Shown piece by piece: positions 59,838 through 64,000 of a DNA stretch of 64,000 bases. Every line of letters begins with the position of its first letter. Position 1 is the stretch's first letter. Location of the stretch: assembly GCA_963663225.1 (NCBI GenBank), contig OY760142.1:352001-416000 (forward strand), read 5' to 3'. This DNA comes from Nitrospirota bacterium. Lineage in GTDB: Bacteria; Nitrospirota; UBA9217. The notes beneath the pieces are model-generated. The model did not search any database and was not told the DNA's origin. It saw only the letters and a program-made list of their open reading frames with translations. The position numbers and the translations under genes are program-made.

Positions 59838-61180
59838 AGATAAAAATTCTTGATCGGCCTGCTAAGCACAAAGAACAGCGCCAGCACCGAATATATGATG
59901 AAAATGAAAAAAAAGATCAATAATATGTTTTTGTTCAATAGATCAATAACAATGCCGCTTCCTGCCAGAGAAAGAGGAACGAGGCCACCGTTGATTGAAT
60001 CCAGCGTTCCAAAAACCCTCCCCCGCAGCTCTTCGGGAATCACTTTTTGTTTGATCGACGTATTGATCAGACGCGAAACCGCCATGCATACGGAAATGAG
60101 TGAAAGCAGCCCGAACACAAGGTAGACATTCATGGAAAACGAAAGAAATAAAAATAATATCGCTTCAAGAATGAATACTCCGCATATCACTATATAATTT
60201 TGTTTTTCCGTTGTCTTCAGCATACCGTAGACAAAATACCCCGCGATGGAACTCATCGTCAGAATGCTTAGGAGATATCCGTAGTAGGCTTCCCCAAGCT
60301 TCATCACATCTTCAACAAGAAAAGGCAGCATTATCATCACGGCCGGAAAAAACAGATTGGACAGTGTGTAAACGATCGTCTGGTTCCTCAAGCCCTTGTT
60401 CGCCCAGATAAAAAGGAGTCCTTCTTTAACATCCTTGATAAAGCTTCGATACGAAGTTGAATATCTTTTCTCTGAGTCCTTCTGCTCCAGAGTGATGAAC
60501 AAACTCGAAAATGCCGCAGACAGATACGTTATGCCGTTCAGCAGGAACGCCAGGGTCCCTCCAAAAGCGCTGAAGAATACTCCACCCAGCGCGTTGCCGA
60601 TCATTGCCAGCAAACCGCTCGAACCCTGCAGCAAGGAATTGCCCTTCTGGATTTTGTCAATCTTGAGAATGAGCGGAATGATTGAGTAGAGGGCGGCGTT
60701 GAAAGCCGAGTCGATGATCCCCATGCACAGGGTCACGCAGAACACGATATAGAGCGTGAAGGGAAACGACGAGGAAAAATGAAATTGCGCCACTCCGATA
60801 TCGATCATCTTCAGGCCGAAAAAGTAATCCAGGCTGAATATGAACAGCAGAACCATAAGAATGCTTCGAAGAAAATAACTCCAGATGATCACTGTTTTTC
60901 TGGATGTTTTGTCGACCAGCGTCCCAGCAAATGGACCCAGCAGCACCCATGGAAGGAACGCCAGCAGTTCCACAACGCCGATGATGGTTGCCGACCCGGT
61001 TATTTTCTTCAGGTACAGGACAAGGACAACATAATAGAGCGTGCTGCCGAAAAACGCGGCGCTCTGGCCGGCGAAGAAGAGGGTGAAATTCCTGTTGAAC
61101 AATCTGTCGGAAGGCTTGGTCAAGGTATCTATACGCGTTTTTAAAGTCCGTTTCGTTATTTTTTGATGAATGTACCGCAC
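59825..61180 (-). CDS. MFS exporter (DHA3/macrolide-efflux-like)
   Basis: NRNFTLFFAGQ, GPFAGTLVDKTSRK, KEGL.FI and PEELRGRVF. Confidence 0.9.
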   Translation of the reverse strand: MRYIHQKITKRTLKTRIDTLTKPSDRLFNRNFTLFFAGQSAAFFGSTLYYVVLVLYLKKITGSATIIGVVELLAFLPWVLLGPFAGTLVDKTSRKTVIIWSYFLRSILMVLLFIFSLDYFFGLKMIDIGVAQFHFSSSFPFTLYIVFCVTLCMGIIDSAFNAALYSIIPLILKIDKIQKGNSLLQGSSGLLAMIGNALGGVFFSAFGGTLAFLLNGITYLSAAFSSLFITLEQKDSEKRYSTSYRSFIKDVKEGLLFIWANKGLRNQTIVYTLSNLFFPAVMIMLPFLVEDVMKLGEAYYGYLLSILTMSSIAGYFVYGMLKTTEKQNYIVICGVFILEAILFLFLSFSMNVYLVFGLLSLISVCMAVSRLINTSIKQKVIPEELRGRVFGTLDSINGGLVPLSLAGSGIVIDLLNKNILLIFFFIFIIYSVLALFFVLSRPIKNFYLQKV

Positions 61181-62340
61181 GTACGCGGAACATCAGCGGG
61201 ATGCGCCAGTTTGTGCTCGATGAATCGTTTCGCAATCAATTCGGTGATTTCGACGTTCTTGTCCATCAGCGCGCGCAGTGTCACCTGCGAAGTGCAGAAT
61301 GATCCCATGAAATTCGTGTCCGTCACCGGCGACAACGCGCAGTATTCTCCACAAATGGGCAGTGCGCTGCATTTTGTGCAGGTATCATTGTAGTATGAAT
61401 TCGGCGTCTCGCACAGTTCGATGGCTTTCGCCGCCCCGTCTAGGTAGGCAGGCAGGTCTTTTGCTTTCGCGATGGGGCCGGTTATACCGGCAAAAAAGCT
61501 GCATGGATAAATATATCCGTCCGCGGCTACATAGGCCGAAAAAAGACCTGCCCTGCACATCTGTGGCTTCGGCAAAGCGTGATAGTCAGAATTGCACAGA
61601 ACATTATTGTGATACAGGTGGAACTTGTTCAAAATAATGGTCTCTCGCGTGTTGAAATCAAACTGCGAAGCCAGAAATGCTGACTCGAACTCCGATTCAG
61701 CTCTGAGCATCGGCGGAATCTGCGAAGCCTGATGCCCCCTTCCCTCGCTCGAAACATAATTAACGCGGTAAAACCGAATCCCTTGTTTGTTGAAGAATTT
61801 GATGGTGGACGGCAGTATCCGCAGAGACTCCACGGTACCCACGACGAGCGCCGATATTTTAAATCCGTTTTCGGACAACGTAACGATATTGTCCCGTCTT
61901 TTTGCCGAAAGCAATCCCGGGTCAGGCAGTTCCCCGTCATAATGAATTGAAAAGTGCACGTTGTATTTTTTGAACAGATCTATGATCGCGGGTGGCAGGA
62001 TTGAGATGTTCGTCTGAACCGAGTACTCGAGTGCCTGGCCGGTTCTTTCCAGGTAGCGGTCCACCGCCTTAAAAAACGTTTCATACCATTTGACCGATAC
62101 CAGCAGGGGTTCTCCGCCGGAAAATACCACCACGCCCAGTTTTCCGTTGCTTAACTGCAGGAGCTTGATGACTGTTTCGGCTGTTTCCAGCGGATCTACT
62201 ATTTCTTCCTTTTCACCTTTCGGTGTTGCGGAAACGTTGCAGGCATCCTGGAAACAATATTCGCATGAAAGGTTACAGCCTGTAATAAGCTGGAACGTCA
62301 CACTGTTGAGATCTGCGAACGTGGGGGTAATCGTTGTCAT
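61156..62340 (-). CDS. Radical SAM/SPASM-domain peptide maturase
   Basis: CNLSCEYC, SGGEPLL and QTN; SPASM C-X12-G-X4-C...C-X2-C-X5-C-X3-C-X14-C. Confidence 0.9.
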   Translation of the reverse strand: MTTITPTFADLNSVTFQLITGCNLSCEYCFQDACNVSATPKGEKEEIVDPLETAETVIKLLQLSNGKLGVVVFSGGEPLLVSVKWYETFFKAVDRYLERTGQALEYSVQTNISILPPAIIDLFKKYNVHFSIHYDGELPDPGLLSAKRRDNIVTLSENGFKISALVVGTVESLRILPSTIKFFNKQGIRFYRVNYVSSEGRGHQASQIPPMLRAESEFESAFLASQFDFNTRETIILNKFHLYHNNVLCNSDYHALPKPQMCRAGLFSAYVAADGYIYPCSFFAGITGPIAKAKDLPAYLDGAAKAIELCETPNSYYNDTCTKCSALPICGEYCALSPVTDTNFMGSFCTSQVTLRALMDKNVEITELIAKRFIEHKLAHPADVPRTCGTFIKK

Positions 62341-62386
62341 TTGGTAATATCCTTACTTGTTTACGGAGTGGAAACGGCATGCAGAC

Positions 62387-62422
62387 CTGCTACGATATTA
62401 TCCTTTGATAACACCGCAGCAG
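62387..62422 (-). promoter_or_regulatory. Stem-loop between the precursor and maturase genes
   Basis: CTGCTGCGGTGTTATC-AAAG-GATAATATCGTAGCAG; 16-bp stem with 3 G-U pairs that form only on the minus strand. Confidence 0.65.
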
Positions 62423-62445
62423 GGGATTCTTTGAAAAACGTGGGT

Positions 62446-62643
62446 TTACTTGTTGGGGCAATAATTGGCGTAAGCACAGCAGCAGCCGCATTCCGACTCG
62501 ATTGATGCCGTCGCAGGCCTTCGCAGCGTGCTCAACATGTCGCCGAGTACTTCTTTCGATGCGTTCCACTCCGTTGCCACATACTGCTCTGCCAGATGTT
62601 CGGGTACATCATAAATGCGTCCAGACTTGTTCATCAATAACAT
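62446..62643 (-). CDS. Putative RiPP precursor peptide (65 aa, Cys-rich core)
   Basis: GAGGAGG RBS; all 5 Cys lie in the last 14 aa (CGCCCAYANYCPNK); directly upstream of the rSAM/SPASM gene. Confidence 0.82.
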   Translation of the reverse strand: MLLMNKSGRIYDVPEHLAEQYVATEWNASKEVLGDMLSTLRRPATASIESECGCCCAYANYCPNK

Positions 62644-62702
62644 ACTGTCCTCCTCATATAGTAGTCGTATGCTTGGGTTATTTTGCCGTTTTCTTCTTTT
62701 AC

Positions 62703-62731
62703 ACTCTAAAACTTTCCCGCCTTGTTGTCAA
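62703..62731 (-). promoter_or_regulatory. sigma70 promoter of the precursor operon
   Basis: TTGACA-N17-TAGAGT about 60 nt upstream of the precursor ATG. Confidence 0.7.
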
Positions 62732-62778
62732 GAAAAAATACTCCTGAACAAATAAAAAAGGTCATCATTGAACTCATT

Positions 62779-63174
62779 CTATTGCAATTCCGATATCTGA
62801 TCGACCGACAAATCGCACGTCGCAACCCATGGTGAAAAATGCATCGTACATTCCATCGATCCGGAGATTTCCACATGCCTGCCTTCCAGTTTCGATGCCT
62901 GATTCTTTGCCATGGCGGACAGGATAAGATTCAAAGCGGATACAGTCCGTTCAGATTTGGATCCTTTGGCAAACACAATCGGTTTGTCCAGTCTCAAACC
63001 ATATCCGCTTTTAGGGAGAGCCTGAGATGCGCTATTTTCATCCGTATGCACCGGTTGCATGCAATGGATGGTTCCGGTCACCCGAGTATCCTTGCGCACT
63101 TCCGAATCTGCGAATGATGGATAAGGAAAGCTCTGTATCACAACCGCAATTATTACTGCGAACAAAATGTTCAT
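62779..63174 (-). CDS. Hypothetical exported protein (possibly OB-fold/DUF4431-like)
   Basis: Signal peptide; L.LDKPI...EGRHVEISG pattern. Confidence 0.6.
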   Translation of the reverse strand: MNILFAVIIAVVIQSFPYPSFADSEVRKDTRVTGTIHCMQPVHTDENSASQALPKSGYGLRLDKPIVFAKGSKSERTVSALNLILSAMAKNQASKLEGRHVEISGSMECTMHFSPWVATCDLSVDQISELQ

Positions 63175-63261
63175 TCAGGAGTCATCCTTGCTTCCGCTTT
63201 GTTTGTACGGTCCATACTGCCGGCGCTTAAATTTTCCTTGTTCCGTGAGCATGTCGTGCAG

Positions 63262-64000
63262 CTATTTCATTTTCAACCCATCACGGTCAGGATCCGTCTT
63301 CACCGCGGACTTTGTTTTCACGTCAAGCAGTTCGGACATTTCAACAAGCCGGATGAATTCCGCCCGATAACCCTCGATGTCGGCGCCTTTGGCGGCCCGG
63401 GCCATTTTTTGTATGTCAGCATAATTCGCGTTTCCTTTATGCTCGGAGTCCCTCAACAGCATGCTCCATTCCGCCACGCTGGCCGCAAACCGAATATTTT
63501 CACTGGCATTGTCGAATGAAACTGAGACGCTTGGTATCTTGCTGACAAGCTCGGAGCTTACGTCGCTGTCCGGTTTCTTGTAGCGGAAACGGATTGTAGC
63601 AAGATCGGTGCTCGTGCGGGCGGCATCCTTGATCTGAACCGTCTGGTAAGTCAATTCCTGCTTCCCGGCCTCGTTCTCTGCCGGTACTATCTCATACAAT
63701 GCCGTAACCGAATGGCCTGATCCGAGTTCTCCGGCGTCTTTTTTGTCATCCGCGAATTCTTCAGCCCGCATCATCCGCTTCTCGTATCCGATCAACCGAT
63801 AGGACTTGACCCTGGCAGGGTTGAATTCCACCTGAAGTTTCACATCCTTTGCAATAGTCAGCAGTGTCCCGCCGAACTGTGATACCAGGACCTTTTTGGC
63901 TTCGAGCAGGTTGTCTATATACGCGTAATTACCGTTCCCTTTGTCGGCAAGTTTCTGCATTTTGGAATCCTTGTAGTTCCCCATGCCGTAGCCAAGCACG
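63262..64000 (-). CDS. YfbK-like vWA/DUF3520 protein (3' part)
   Basis: LADKGNGNYAYID, TIAKDVKLQVEFNP, DAGELGSGHSVTALYEI and YRAEFIRLV. Confidence 0.92.
   Translation of the reverse strand, partial: VLGYGMGNYKDSKMQKLADKGNGNYAYIDNLLEAKKVLVSQFGGTLLTIAKDVKLQVEFNPARVKSYRLIGYEKRMMRAEEFADDKKDAGELGSGHSVTALYEIVPAENEAGKQELTYQTVQIKDAARTSTDLATIRFRYKKPDSDVSSELVSKIPSVSVSFDNASENIRFAASVAEWSMLLRDSEHKGNANYADIQKMARAAKGADIEGYRAEFIRLVEMSELLDVKTKSAVKTDPDRDGLKMK

Noticed and set aside
61156-62340. Anaerobic sulfatase maturase
   Set aside because: It shares the SPASM motif, but no sulfatase is nearby, and the precursor/exporter context favours a peptide maturase. Not formally excluded.
1-64000. tRNA, rRNA, IS/integrase, prophage or CRISPR-Cas
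   Set aside because: No recognisable signatures were found by eye; a short ncRNA could have been missed without covariance searches.

Overview
Gene-dense bacterial chromosome segment of roughly 50% GC, probably from a motile anaerobe (a Nitrospirota/Desulfobacterota-like gene set; the taxon is inference). From left to right: the end of a flagellar operon (fliL-M-N-O-P-Q-R), a FliK-like/FlhB-like pair, and c-di-GMP enzymes with putative sigma28 and sigma54 promoters. These are followed by a 2+2 split flavocytochrome c cassette (two Tat-exported FAD reductases plus 7-heme and 6-heme cytochromes), a vWA/coiled-coil/MinD-like operon, a TPR protein, and a REC/DUF4388-like/Cache-HAMP operon. The middle holds an Mce(Mla)/PqiC transporter, an RND pump with its TetR regulator, HtrA, an HxlR-associated redox operon, hybrid sensor kinases (one coupled to an orphan EhuB-like binding protein), MFS transporters, and qNor with a frameshifted hemerythrin-like gene. 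The most notable locus is at 58.0-62.7 kb and looks like an uncharacterised RiPP cluster: a 65-aa precursor ending in CGCCCAYANYCPNK, a radical SAM/SPASM maturase, an MFS exporter and a convergent B12-dependent radical SAM enzyme. No rRNA, tRNA, CRISPR array or transposase was recognised. All calls come from reading motifs by eye; no database searches were run.
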